A stretch of 64,000 nucleotides of DNA from Squalus acanthias (GCA_030390025.1 CM059432.1:77130001-77194000); one strand, 5' to 3'; shown: positions 25,126-38,741, counted from the first letter of the stretch. The notes: generated by a model not told the origin, from the sequence alone. Made by a program: numbers and translations.

Positions 25126-26765
25126 GCCTTCAGACTGCAATGACAATGAGATGCTGCTGCATCAACGCTTTTAAGTCGTGGAGAGAGCCTAGACCAACAT
25201 TATTGGCCATTAGACTGCACCTGATATTGTCCAACCTGTTGAGCGTTAAGCCAATCAGCAGCACATTTAGCACTGAGCTCAGCACTGCAATCATTATAAT
25301 GAGCAGGCAGCACACATTTTGCATGCTGCCTGGACTACTTTGAACAGGCTTAGGTAAATAGCGCTGGCCTATGCCACCTCCCGTTTTTGGGTCATATCCA
25401 ATTTCTAAACCTGTGTATCTCCTTAACCAATCAGATTGAAGAACTGTAAAATTAACAGCGCAAGTTCTGAACAAGTGTAAATGAGAATAGTGAATTTCAC
25501 GTCAAATTAGATACAGAAAGAAAAATAAGGAGGGAAATAAAGATTGAGAGAGAAAAGACAAAGAAAAAGTGAAAAGAAATGTTTTTTTAATTTTTACAAC
25601 ATCTCCAACAACATTTAAAACCTGAACGAATGAGACACTTGTAATAGTTAATTTTCAGTGCCAGAGAGATTGTCTGGCAATAATTAACAATTATCATATC
25701 GTTAAAAGGGTACTTAGATTTGAAATGACTTGACTTGCTGCGGCAGTTTAGTTTGTATCTACTATTCAAATACAGGAACTTCATGCCACTCAATGCATTT
25801 GAATGGGGAGCCAGACAGCGAGATGCCATTTTCACAAAGCTCATGGTGGAACTGCGCATCTCTGACAGCAACTTTTGGATATTCACATTTAATCATGCAT
25901 CTGCCCTTGTCTGAAGTTGCTGTGGCATTTGAGTATAAATAATGGCGAATGCTATTAGCCTCACCATTATTTTGACCGCAATTTTTGGGCCAATATAAAT
26001 ATAAAGCCAATAACTGCATACGTCACTTCCTTTGGTTTTCCTGTTTATTCCTTCATTGTTTCTCATCACCTATTTTTCCACTTAGTTTGCTTTTTTTGTA
26101 CGTATTTGTCAATTCTACTTTTTTTTTTGTTTGTGTTCAAAGTAAGTACACATCAGGAAGATTTTAGAGTAAAATCATTTCAACTAAAGAATGTTTTGAG
26201 ACCAGGGAGATTCTATGAAATGGGTCTAGAGATCAGAGTCAATGCTACAATGGCTCACAAATTATATAGTTGTAGTGTTTCCACTTCATTCCAGAAAAAC
26301 AGGCAGCCAGCAGGTAAAAAAATCAGAGGTGGAGAGGAAACATCTCCCAATTGATGCCCAAGGGCCACCTGATGCCATTTTCAGGTGGGCTTGTAAATGG
26401 GCGAGCAGCACACCCACTTGTTTCCGACAGGAGGCAGTTTAAAAATGCAAATCAAGGTCCTACACCAGTTCCTGCTATATTGCAACCAATGACATAACTG
26501 TTCAGCATAATATTCAAATCAATTGCAGTCCTTTTATTTCCTCTATTATGTGGCATGTGAATGGTGGCAGCTTCGTTCAGCACAGTATTGCCCATGGGTG
26601 CTTGTGTTTTGTTTCAGATGTGTGGCACTGAACTTGCCGCTCCTCCCAAGTGATTCCCTGGTGAATATGCTGCCTGGCTACAGGGTCTCACTAACTGTCT
26701 GCTGGGATTCTGTTTGCCCCACACCTGCTCGGGCTGTGCATTCTGAAGGCCCTGCATATCAGTTA

Positions 26766-29700
26766 TAAGAACATAAGAACTAGGAGCAGGAGTAGGCCAT
26801 TTGAGCCTGCTCCGCCATTCAATAAGATCATGGCTAATCTTCTACCTCAACTCCACTTTCCTGCAGTATCCCCATATCCCTTGATTCACTTAACATCCAA
26901 AAATCTATCGATCTCTGTCTTGAATATACTCAACGACTGAGCCTCCACAGCCCTCTGGGGTAGAGAATTCCAAAGATTTCACCACCCTCTGAGTGAAGAA
27001 ATTTCTCCTCATCTCAGTCCTAAATGGCTAACCCCTTATTCTGAGACTGTGACCCCTGGTTCTAGACCCCCCAGCCAGGGGAAACGTCCTCCCTGTATCT
27101 ACCCTGTTAAGCCCTGTAAGAATTTTGTATGTTTTAATAAGATCACCTCTCATTCTTCTAAACTCCAGAGAATATAGGCCTAGTCTACTCAATCTGTCCT
27201 CATAGGACAATCCCCCCATCGCAGGAATCAGTCTGGTGAACCTTTGTTGCACTCCCTCAATGGCAAGTATATCCTTCCTTAGGTAAGGAGACCAAAACTA
27301 TACACAATATTCCAAGTGTGGTCTCGCCAGGCCCTATATAATTGCATTAAAACGTCTTTACTCTTATACTCAAATCCTCTTGTAATAAAGGCCAACATAC
27401 CATTTGCTTTCCTAATTGCTTGCTGTACCTGCATGTTAACTTTCAGTGATTTGTCTACAAGGACACACAGGTCCCTCTGAACACCAACATTTCCCAATCT
27501 CACACCATTTAAAAAATACTCTGCTTTAATATTTTTCCTACCAAAGTGGATAACTTCACATTTCTCCACATGATATTCCATTTACCATGTTCTTGCCCAC
27601 TCACTTAGCCTGTCTATATCCCCTTGAAGCCTCTTTGCATCCTCCTCACAACTTACATTCCCACCTAGCTTTGTATCATCAGCAAACTTGGATATATTAC
27701 ATTTGGTCCCCTCATCCAAATCATTGATATAGATTGTGAATAGCTGAGGCCCAAGCACTGATCCTTGCGGTACCCCACTAGTTACAGCCTGCCAACCCGA
27801 AAATGACCTGTTTATTTCTACTCTCTGCTTTCTGTCCATTAACCAATCCTCAATCCATGCTAGTATATTACCCCCAATCCCATGAGCCCTAATTTTGTTT
27901 AATAACCTCTTGTGTGGCACCTTATTGAATGCCTTCTGAAAATCCAAATACACCACATCCACTGGTTCCCACTTATCTATTCTGCAAGTTACAACCTCAA
28001 GAAACAGATTCGTCAAACACGATTTCTCTTTCATAAATCCATGTTGACTCTGCCCAATCCTATTGTTATTTTCTAAGTGGCTTGTTATGTCTTAATAATA
28101 GATTCTAGCATTTTCCCTACTACTGATGTCAGGCTAACTGGTCTGTAGTTCACCGTTTTCTCTCTCCCTTCTTTCTTAAATAGTGGGGTTACATTTGCTA
28201 CCTTCCAATCCACGGGAACCATTCTAGAATCTATGGAATTTTGGAAGATGACAACCAATGCATCCACTATCTCTATAGCCACCTCTTTTAAAACCCTAGG
28301 ATGTAGGCCATCAGGTCCAGGGGATTTATCGGCTTTCAGTCCTATTAATTTCTCCAGTACTATTTTTTTACTAATATTAATTTCTTTCAGTTCCTCATTC
28401 TCGCTGGACCCTTGGTTCTGCACTATTTCCGGGAAGTTTTTTGCATCTTCTTCCGTGAAGACAGACACAAAGGCTGCGAATTTAACTGAGGTGGCAGGAT
28501 GGGGGCGGGACAGCTGGTTTCCGGGTTCCGGTCCCGCTCCCAGCTGCATCCGCTCTGCAAACGTGATTTTACCTTGATTGGCCTTGTTAAGCCCACCCTG
28601 CAGGCTTCCCGGCCAATTAACAGGAAACGGGTCTGATGACGTCATTTGATGACGTGTCGTCAGCCAGTTTCCTTAAAGGGACCACGTCCACTTGAGTTTG
28701 ACAGTTGTTCTGTCAGTGTTTGACAGCATTGAGGTGCTGCAAACACTGACAAGCACTGCACAAAGGTGAACGCTTGCACCCAGGCTCTCCAATAACTCCC
28801 TCCATGTGCTTATGGAGGGAGTCACAGCATGCAGGGAGGTTTCCTTCCCTTCCAAAGGCGGAAGAGACCTCCCCAGGACACCAACGTACTTTGCACCTCC
28901 ACCCAACCCTCTCTATCTACTTTATCACTTCCCCATCTCACTAGCCACCCCTCACACTCACCCTCATCCTACTGCAAGCATACCAACTAACAACACACAA
29001 GGGTAGGCACTTGAGAGGTTTAGCCAATGTCCATGTGAAGTTTCTGGTAATGTGTTGTCATACAGTGAAATCTATTTTTCAAAAAGTGACCCTTATTGGA
29101 CAGATCTGAGCACACCTTGAGAAGTGTCTTACTGAGTTCCAGTGATTGCTTAGTCTTAATTTTGCCCCCACCCCGCTATAGTGATGAGTGTGAAAGGAAT
29201 GGCTTGGACATTAATGGGATGCTTCACAGTGCTGGTGTGGGATGGTGTCAACCTGGTGCATCATGTGGCAGCCAGGGTTTACAGCATCAAGTGAAGAAAG
29301 TCTGGCTATGGTGATGCCATCGCTGGCCTCCCGGCCAGCAATTTCATCAGGAGCTGATGCCTTGTGTCCAGTGTAGCATCAGGTGATGGCGGAGAAGGTT
29401 GGTGATGTTGGTGTTGGGGCTGATCATGGAAGGATTTAGAGGACCAAGGTCTGATTGTTTCATTGGCTCCGATGTTGCTGGAATAGATGGCAGCTGCAGG
29501 TAAGATGACAGAAGCGATCTGTCAATGGTGAGAGAGGTTCTCCCAATGAGGTGGCACTGGACATACAGTTGGATATAAAAACTTGTAAGCTGAAGAATCT
29601 CTATATGTATTAAAAATGCAGTAACCAACATTTTCTGTGCTCTGAAACTCACCATCTGCAACATGGCATCCTTGACACCACTTCTGCAGCTGTCAGCATT

Positions 29701-31062
29701 TCACAAACATCAGAGCAGACTCAAAACACGCCAGGTTGAGCTGGCGTGTTCCCGGAACAGCGGGTAACCAGTGGGGGACAAGGTAAAATTAGAATTAAGC
29801 CTCAAAATACTCTTAAATTGGCTCTTAACAAGCCATTTAAGTACCTGAATTGTATCCCCCGCCACTTGGTATCGGGTCAGTTCTGCGCTGACAGACCCAA
29901 ACCTGGGAGACTCACGTGAAAGCGAGCTGACAGCGGGTTTCCTACTCGCTGTCAATCTTTGCGATTTTGACAGCGGACCCGTCTCCAAACCTGCCCCCTC
30001 AGCGCGATTAAATTCGCGGCCAAAGTATTTGTTTAATTTCTCTGCCATTTCCTTATTCCCCATTATAATTTCTCCTGTCTCAGCCTGTAAGGGGCCCACA
30101 TGTACTTTCGCTAATCTTTTCCTTTTTACATACCTATAGAAGCTTTTGCGGTCTGTTTTTATGTCTCTCGCTAGTTTACTCTCATTCTATTTTCCCTTTC
30201 TTTATCAATGTCTTGGTCCTCCTTTGCTGAATTCTAAAATCCTCCTAATCCTCAGGCTTACTCCACTTTTTGGCAACGTTATAAGCCTCTTCCTTTAATC
30301 TAATACTATCTTTAATTTCTCTTGTTAGCCACGGTTGGACCATTTTTTCCCATGGTGTTTTTATTCCTTGAGGGAATGTATATTCGTTGCGATTTATGAA
30401 TTATTTCTTTAAATGTTTGCCATTGCTTTTCTACTGTCATATCTTTTAATCTAGTTTCCCAACCTACCTTAGCCAACTCGCTTCTCATACCTACGTAGTT
30501 TGCTTTGTTCAGGTTTAGGACCCTAGTTTCAGACTTAGCTAAATAACTCTCAAACTCAACATAAAATTCTATCATATTATGATCACTGCTCCTTAGAGGC
30601 TCCTTTACTACAAGGTTATTAATTCACCTTTTCTCATTGCACAGTACCAGATCTAAAATAGCCCAATCCCTCGTAGGTTCCTTGACATACTGATCTAGAA
30701 AACTATCTTGAATGCATTCCATGAACTATTCCTCTGTACTATTTCGGCAAATTTGGTTTGCCCAGTCTATATGAAAGATAAAGTCCCCCATGATTACTGT
30801 ATTACCCTTGTTACATGCATCTCTAATTTCCTAATTTATACTCTGCCCGACACTACAACCACTGTTAGGGGGCCGATAGACTATTCCCACTAGTGCTTTC
30901 TGCCCCTTGTTTTTTCTTAGCTCCACTCAAACTGATTCTACATTTTGTATTTCCAAGCCAAGATACTTTCTCTCTACTGTCTTTATTCCCTCCTTTATTA
31001 TCAGGGCTACCCCTCCTCCTTTTCCATTCTGCCTGTCTCTTCTAAAAGTCAACTATCCTGGA
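26766..31062 (-). mobile_element. CR1 LINE, truncated within the endonuclease, interrupted by a Harbinger derivative
   Basis: RT ORF pieces 27028-28470, APE pieces to ~31060 (reverse IPG.LTFRRDR..KGGGVAL); (TTCTTATG)n tail. Confidence 0.95.
28472..30021. mobile_element. Non-autonomous Harbinger with Myb-like N-terminal remnant
   Basis: TIRs GGCTGCGAATTTAA / TTAAATTCGCGGCC, TSD AAA restoring CR1 GACACAAAGTATTTG; APRLSNNSLHVLMEGVTACREV at ~28775-28840. Confidence 0.88.
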
Positions 31063-31171
31063 ATAGTTGACTTTTAGAAGAGAGGGAAGAGAGGTTGAAA
31101 ATGGGTAACACCAGTCAGCCATGTTTAGGACTGTGGTGGCTGACTGGTGTTACCCATTTTCTGCCTCTCTT
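31036..31171. repeat. Two adjacent perfect hairpins at the CR1 5' junction
   Basis: 21-bp stem 31036-31056/31063-31083; 25-bp stem 31097-31121/31137-31161, extended by 8 bp. Confidence 0.95.
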
Positions 31172-32337
31172 ACCTTGCCTGGTATAGTACATGTTTCTTA
31201 GGAAAGGACATCAGTCCCATAAATTGTGCACCACCTCTCCCTGACTACGCAGTAGAATTTAAGCCCCTGTTTTTCCTCACTCTAACATCCAATTCTCTAT
31301 CAATTTGACTGAGAAACCATCTGGCCTTGCCTTCCCAGAGCTATTTAATGTTTAACTAGCTCTTAATTGCAGTTCACAGATGACTTAAGAGGATTAGCAT
31401 TTTCCCTTTCCATTGGCTGGCCCTTTGTAGTGGAAATATAGACCACACTGTAGCCCATAGACTAAAAAATAGCAAAATTCTAAGTAAACGTGCAGGCTTT
31501 TTAACTCCTAAGTACTTTAGCAACCACAGTTAACCATCGAATGGATATGAATAGCAATTTTCAGGCTTAACTTTTCTTCATCATCAGCACAGCAGAGTAG
31601 AATATATTTAGTTGGTGCACTGCTCTGTGATAACCAAGAGTTACCTAAGACTTTCTAACCTTCTCTTTTAATATAGAGACTCTAATGAAGAGCTCGGGTA
31701 ACATTCAAGTACAGATAGAGCATAATGCTACATTTTAAGACCAGTAGTAAATGTGTGCTCTTCATTTTTGTTTTATTGGTGTTAATATCTCAATGTCAGA
31801 GATAAAAAGCCAAAAGAAATGGAATCGGTACATTGAATTTTATGACCAACTTTAAAATGATTTTAATAGGGTCTCAATTATCGAAGAACTTTATTATTGT
31901 TGGAAGTAAAGTATGTACAGGCTTATAACATCCTTTGTTTAAGAGAATCAAAGCAGCAAAAAGAGTCTTGTCTCATTAGCAATACGCCACAATTCACTCA
32001 ATATTACAAGTGATCCCCTGGGCCTGCCCTGGTCATACCCTCCTGATTTTAGGTTCCTCAGAATATCGATCAGCTCTTTGGAATTTCTTTGATGTTTAGT
32101 TATATTTCTGAGGTTGGCAGGGTTTTGTTCTGTCTTGCTGCGAGTCCCAGCTGTGCATTTATTTATGTTTATTTGGTGTTCAGCACAGCAGTCGCATCCC
32201 TAGGCATTGATCCCTATCTGTAATTAAATTAATGCCAGAAACACATTGTTGTAGTCACTTAAGAGTGTTACATGTGTATTCCTAACTCTCTATAGGGTAA
32301 AATTTCTGATTGCGCACACCCAGCATGGAGTCTAGTC

Positions 32338-34026
32338 CACTATGGAGAAGGACAATGTAGGCATAGAAATCAGGCAGGGGGATTGTGATATACTTGAACA
32401 AATTATCATTGAGAGGGAGGAGGTACTAGTGATTTTAGCGGGCTTAAAAGTGGATAAATCCCCAGGCCCAGACGAGATGTATCCCAGGCTGCTGTGTGAG
32501 GCAAGGAAGGAGATTGCAGGGGCTCTGACGCAAATTTTCGGAACCTCTCTGGCCACAGGGGAGGTACCAGAGGACTGGAGGACAGCTAATGTAGTACCAT
32601 TATTCAAGAAGGGTAGTAGGGATAAACCAGGGAATTACAGGCCAGTGAGCCTAACATCAGTGGTAGGGAAATTATTGGAAAAAATTCTGAGGGACAGAAT
32701 TAGTCTCCACTTGGAGAGGCAAGGATTAATCAAGGATAGTCAGCATGGCTTTGTCAGGGGGAGATCATGTCTGACCAATTTGATTGAATTTTTTGAGGGG
32801 GTGACTAGGTGTGTGGATGAGGGTAGTGCAGTTAATGTAGTCTACATGGACTTCAGTAAGGCTTTTGACAAAGTCCCGCATGGGAGACTGGTCAAGAAGG
32901 TAAGAGCCCATGGGATCCAGGGCAATTTGGCACATTGGATCCAAAATTGGCTTAGTGGCAGGAGGCAGAGGGTGATGGTCGAAGGTTGTTTTTGTGACTG
33001 GAAGCCTGTGTCCAGTGGTGTACCGCAGGGATCGGTGCTGGGTCCTTTGCTGTTTGTAGTGTACATTAATGATTTAGATATGAATGTAGGAGGTATGATC
33101 AGTAAGTTCGCAGATGACACGAAAATTGGTGGAGTGGTAAATAGCGAGGAGGGAAGCCTCAGGCGACAGGACGATGTAGACGGGTTGGTTAGATGGGCAG
33201 AACAGTGGCAAATGGAATTTAACCCTGAAAAGTGTGAGGTGATGCATTTTGGGAGGACTAACAAGGCAAGTGAATACACAATGAAAGGTAGGATCCTAGG
33301 AAGGACAGAGGATCAGAGGGACCTTGGTGTGCATGTACATAGATCCCTGAAGGCAGCAGGACAGGTAGATAAGGTGGTTAAGAAGGCATATGGGATACTT
33401 GCCTTCATTAGCCGAGGCATAGAATATAAGAGCAGGGAGGTTATGATGGAGCTGTACAAAACGCTAGTTAGGCCACAGCTGGAATACTGTGTGCAGTTCT
33501 GGTCGCCACACGATAGGAAGGATGTGATTGCATTGGAGAGGGTGCAGAGGAGATTCACCAGGATGTTACCTGGGCTGGAGCACTTCAGCTATGAAGAGAG
33601 ACTGGACAGGCTGGGGTTGTTTTCCTTAGAGCAGAGAAGGTTGAGGGGGACCTGATTGAGGTGTACAAAATTATGAGGGGCATAGATAGGGTAGATAGAA
33701 AGTAACTTTTCCCCTTTGTAGAGAGGTCAATAACCAGGGGGCATAGTTTCAAGGTAAGGGGCAGGAGGTTTAGAGGGGATTTGAGGAAAAACGTTTTCAC
33801 CCAGAGGGTGGTTGGAATCTGGAACTCACTGCCTGAAAGGGTGGTAGAGGCAGGAACCCTCACATTCAAGAAGCATTTAGATGAGCACTTGAAACGCCAT
33901 AGCATACAAGGCTACGGACCAAGTGCTGGAAAATGGGATTAGAATAGATAGGGCTTGATGGCCGGCGCAGACACGATGGGCCGAAGGGCCTCTTTCTGTG
34001 CTGTATAACTCTATGACTATGACTAT
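32338..34026 (+). mobile_element. CR1 LINE, 5'-truncated, same young subfamily as 8014-11346
   Basis: 437-aa open RT ORF; about 22 amino-acid differences from ORF 8218-9708 by eye; CR1 3'UTR and ATGACT repeats. Confidence 0.96.
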
Positions 34027-34589
34027 ATCACGGCAATCGTGCAGCCCGTGATTTTCCTTCCATTAAAACTGATGTATCTGCCTATTTCAGTGTTTCTAAT
34101 AATTTTATTTAAATGTTGAGTCCTGATGGGGAGATACTAAACCCAGTGAGACAATGGAGGTGAACAGTCTCTCATGCTGTCAGTCTCAATAAGTCCAGCC
34201 TATCTCCCCTCAGTGAAAACATCAGCATTTACTGTACTACTTAACAAAAATTGTAAAAGTCAGAAAACCAAAGTGTAAATCTTTACTGTGCATCCATGTA
34301 CAATTGGTTTGCAGCACCCCTTCTTAATTTGATACACACAATCACATCAAAATGTTTAGCAATATTTATTCACAAAGGTGAAAAATAAAAGGATTTGTAG
34401 AAACCACTGACCTTTTGATGAACATTTTCAATCAATGTGAAGCTATTATCAAAAGAGGTACCAGAACAAAGAAGTTTTGGCATTTGATTCACTGGAAAAT
34501 GAATCCTTGGAGCTGGCTTTTTAACTAGCTAGAGGCCATCTTTTACCATGTTGTTTTTTCCTTCAAAGTGGGCTGTAATAATCCGGATG

Positions 34590-35370
34590 AAAAAGAAAAC
34601 AGCAAGAAGTTTTTTTAAAAAGGAAGGTAGTGTGGCACTCTCCCCAGAAGACATCAGCAAGCAGTACAGCATGCTTGACAGGAGATGCAGGGCAGGATCA
34701 ACACTGTGGATACCATTTGTAGGATCTGGGAATGGCCGCAGAAGAATATGACACAACTTAAGGTAGCTTACAAGGTATGACCACACACACTACCATGTAG
34801 CAGGTGGATGCCACAAAGTGTTGCCTGTCAATGTTTTCCACATTTACAACCTGTTAGTTGCCAAGTCCTCAGACAACATTGTAACTGTTTCATTTGCTTA
34901 TCATGCATACCCGTACTCGTAGAGCACAAATTCAAGCTGCAACTTATAACTGACAGCCTTGTTGCACTCATATTCAAAGACCTACAAACAAAAAAGGTTA
35001 TAACGCAACCTAGCTTCATGATGTGTGGTCATTAACTGAGACACAAGATGAACTGCAGGATCACTACATGGCTGGCATCAGTGACCCCTGTACTTTGGGA
35101 AAATGCAGCATTCAGTTACATTTGGCACCATGTAGCTATACGGTAGATAAGGAGATAAAAGAGCTGGCCATGCTAACCTAGGCATCATATTCGATATGTG
35201 CAGCACATCAGCTGATATTACAGATGATCCCTATGCTTGCCTGAAAGGAAACAGAGGCAAAAAAAATTGCGGGAGACGATAACCTTGACTGCCACTGATA
35301 GTGCCATCCTGAAGAGGAGATTGGCTGAACAAAGTGTCCTTGCAGCAGACTGCACTGATCTACAACTGGT
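34590..35370 (+). pseudogene. Possible ancient Harbinger Myb/SANT-like fossil
   Basis: QHA*QEMQGRINTVDTICRIWEWPQKNMTQLK followed by GT at 34763; later DSAILKRRL resembles DGAAFRRRV of the 24-kb copy. Confidence 0.4.
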
Positions 35371-36479
35371 TTCATGCTGATTTAGAGCCTGTAGAAGCCA
35401 GTTCCATATAGTCATTACCAGGGAGTTGTAACAGGACCTATAGCTAAGTTAGGTAGCATAATGGTGGATGAAAGCAGTCTGGCTTTGATGCCTGCCGATC
35501 TTCCTGACATGCATTCTTTCATCTTGTACTTCGGGCATCAAATACTGTATTTGCAATGCTTTAGAAGCAACTCCAATCAGTAACTTTAAATGGACTTGCT
35601 GAACGCCATGGGACTCTTCATCTAGATGTCTTGTCTCCTTGCCATTTGTATTGTAAGAGCTCTTTTTTTCTATATATACACATGTGCCCTCTTTTTTCCA
35701 GTTCTTCCTGTTCTACTGAAGTTGGAAATGCTTAAATTACAGTCAGCTTCCCAGTGAATTAGCAGATATTTGGCTATTTTAGCTGTACACATTGATTGCT
35801 AAGCAGGCTTCACCGTCTGGTAATATGGGGTCCCGGCACCCATAGCACTGCAGCGTTAATATTGCATTATTGGCCTCATGGTGTATAGAAGGAGTGGGTA
35901 TGATGGGCCCAATGGCCTTTGCTCCTTCCATGTATTTTTTAGCTCCTTCTTTGATCACTAAATATGAGTGTTTTTTTTTGACTTATAGTTTAATACCTTT
36001 CCCCTGTAAAAGTCACGCTTCACAACAAATCTTCATACAGTTCCTACTTCCGATGAAAATGTTGAGATTTATGGAACATTTGGAAATCGTCAACAATGAC
36101 TGTGGTAAAATCAGCGGAGTTTTATGATTTGTGAGCAAGCTTTGATCTTGCTGTAGTGATGTACAATGTACTAAGTGCTACACTTAATGTCACTGTTATA
36201 AATATTATATGGATAGAGCAGCAGTCTACTTACATAATTTGATGAATTACCTGGCACAAGACAGTCACCTTCTCCATGTGACATTAAGGAATTGAGGACC
36301 CAAACGATAAAGGCAAACACTTATGATGGCCTAAAAGAATATGTCACAAGGCTACCTCACAGCATAGCAGTCGCAGTCCGATAAATTTAAATGAAAACAA
36401 CGTTTCTTTTAAACCTCAAGTAAATAGAACTAGAAAAGGAACGATGAAAATAAACTTTTTATTTACTCAAGAAAAAGAA

Positions 36480-36832
36480 AAAACTTGTACTTATATATTA
36501 GCTTATCATGTCCTCAGCTCAGTACATCACTTTTGAAATGTGGCCACTGTTGTTATGAAACCAAACACAGCAAGATCCCAAAACAGGCCAGTTAATCTGT
36601 TTTGCTGGTTTCAATTAAGGGAGGACATTTGGCCAGGACAACTACTTGTTTTTCTTCTAATATTGCCATGGGATCTTTTATGTCCATCTGAAGCATCAGA
36701 ACAGGCTGACAGGGCCTCAATTTATCATTTAATCTGGACGATGATTCCTCTGACAATGCAGCAATCCCTCAGTACTGCATTGAAGAGTCAGACTAGATTG
36801 ATTGCTCAAGTCCTGGAATAGGGCTTGGCTCA
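36480..36832 (-). mobile_element. Old Deu-domain SINE
   Basis: Reverse similarity to 48085-48550 (GCCATGGGATCTTTTA, CCCTCAGTACTGCA, GCTCAAGTCC). Confidence 0.75.
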
Positions 36833-37100
36833 GATGTGCAAGGGAGACAAATATGAGATATTCATAACCTATACAATTTAAAATTGTCCAATACTCATTT
36901 TCTCCATGTTTATTGTACAGTTACTAACTGATTGCACTGCAACTTTTTGTGGAGGTTTCACTACTAGGCGTCTCTGCAGACTCAGCACCAAAATGCAGTG
37001 GCAGGACAAGCAAGATCTCACTGGTAAAAGCTATGAGTTCTGCAGTGTGGTATAGGGGAACTGTATCCACACAACTTAGATAATTAGATAGGAAGGTATT

Positions 37101-37784
37101 GGGCCTGAATTTGCGGTCGGAGGCAAAAAATCTACGAACTTACCTTCTGCCTCGGGATCCACAGAGACTCGCACTCCTGGGACTCTACGCATAGACATGC
37201 GCAGAGGCCCACGTATCTCAGGGGCGCATGCAGTTCGCAAGCGCCCCTGGGATCATGTGGGCTGGCCCAACGAATGACAGAAGGGGATCCCCATTCATTC
37301 TTATCGGGATTCCGTATATACGGAAACCCCATAAGTATGAATAGGAATACCCAAAAAAATACCTCTACACTTCAAATAAGTATTTTTAAAATCACCTATT
37401 TAAAATTAATTAAAATGGCATTTAATTAAATATTTAAAACAAAAAATTTAATTTTTGAAAAATAAATTTACATATTTTAAAGGGGCTAAAAATAAACTTA
37501 CCTTATTTCACAGGTTTTTAAATGTATAAATTATTGATAAACTTTAATTTTTCTATTTTTTTTAAACTCGTATGCTTGTAAAAGCAGGCCTTACGCCTGC
37601 TTTTACCAGGCATAAGAATTTCACGGGCATTCACTGGGCAGTAGTTGGGCAAATAGCCCAACTCTCCGCCCGTGAATGCCCTTTTCTAGGGACACGGGCA
37701 GTGCATGCCTAAACCCGGAACTTGCGAGGCTTACGGGCATGTACACACCTCGTACGCACCCGTAGGGGCCGCAAAATACGGCCC
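37101..37784. mobile_element. Harbinger-type MITE with AT-rich centre
   Basis: TIRs GGGCCTGAATTTGCGG / CCGCAAAATACGGCCC; same family as 60287-60933. Confidence 0.8.
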
Positions 37785-37929
37785 TTTATGTCACCATCTA
37801 ACTATCTAAATCTAGCCACTAAATTCTAATGTGTCTGAGCCTTTGAGAGACTGCCTATCTCAAACTATGGGATGAGAGTGGTATTAAAAGATAACTCTGA
37901 TCACAAGGGGTTAATGTCCTGACTTCTTG

Positions 37930-38741
37930 CTTTTGGTGAAATGGGCAGACACATGGTAGATACAATTTAACCTAGAGAAGTGTGAAGTGATACATTTTGG
38001 TCGGAAGAATGAAGTGAGGCAATATAAACTAAATGGTACAATTTTAATGGGGTCCCAGAACAGAGAGACCTGGGACTGTACATACACACATCTTTTAAGG
38101 AGGCAGGGCAAGTTAAGAAGGCCATTAACAAAGCATATGGGATCCTTGGCTTTATAAACAGAGCATAGATTACAAAAGCAAAGACGTTATGCTAAATGTT
38201 ATAAATTACTGGTTCAGCCTGAGCTGGAGTATTGTGCCCAATTCTGGGCACCACACGTTAGGAAGGATGTCAAGCCTTGGAAGAGTGGCAGAGGAGATTT
38301 ACTAGAGTGGTACCAGGGATGCGGGCCTTCAGTTACGTGGAGAGAGTAGAGAAGCTGGGGTTGTTCTCCTTAGACCAGAGAAGGTTATGGGGAGATTTAA
38401 TAGAAGTGTTCAAAATCATAAAGGGTTTTGATACAGTAAATAAGAAGAAACTGTTTCCAATGGTAGAAGGGTTGGTAACCAGAAGACACAGTTTAAAGGT
38501 AATTGGCAAAAGAACCAGAAGCGAGATGAGAATTTTTTTTACGAGTGAGTTATGATGATCTGGAATGCATTGCCTGAAAGGGTGGTGGAAGCAGATTAAA
38601 TAATAACTTTCAAAAAGGAAATGGATAAATACTTGAAGCTGAAAAAATTGCAGGGCTAGGGGGAAAGGGCAGGGGAATGGGACTAATTGGATAACATTTT
38701 CAAAGAACTGGCACAGGCACAATGTGCTGTATCATTCTATG
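37930..38741 (+). mobile_element. CR1 3' portion
   Basis: Degraded KCEVIHFG, LEYC.QFWAP, LGLFSL..RRL.GDLIEVFKI. Confidence 0.9.

Larger units (their letters stand above)
21196..25411. mobile_element. Two-gene PIF/Harbinger transposon (defective)
   Basis: TIRs GGCCTAGAAATTGG / CCAATTTCTAAACC, 3-bp TSD TGT; contains transposase (+) and Myb-like (-) remnants. Confidence 0.9.
21054..25991. mobile_element. Older Harbinger-type MITE hosting a nested Harbinger
   Basis: Perfect 14-bp TIRs GGCCCAAAAATTGC / GCAATTTTTGGGCC; flanks AAC/AAT. Confidence 0.8.
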
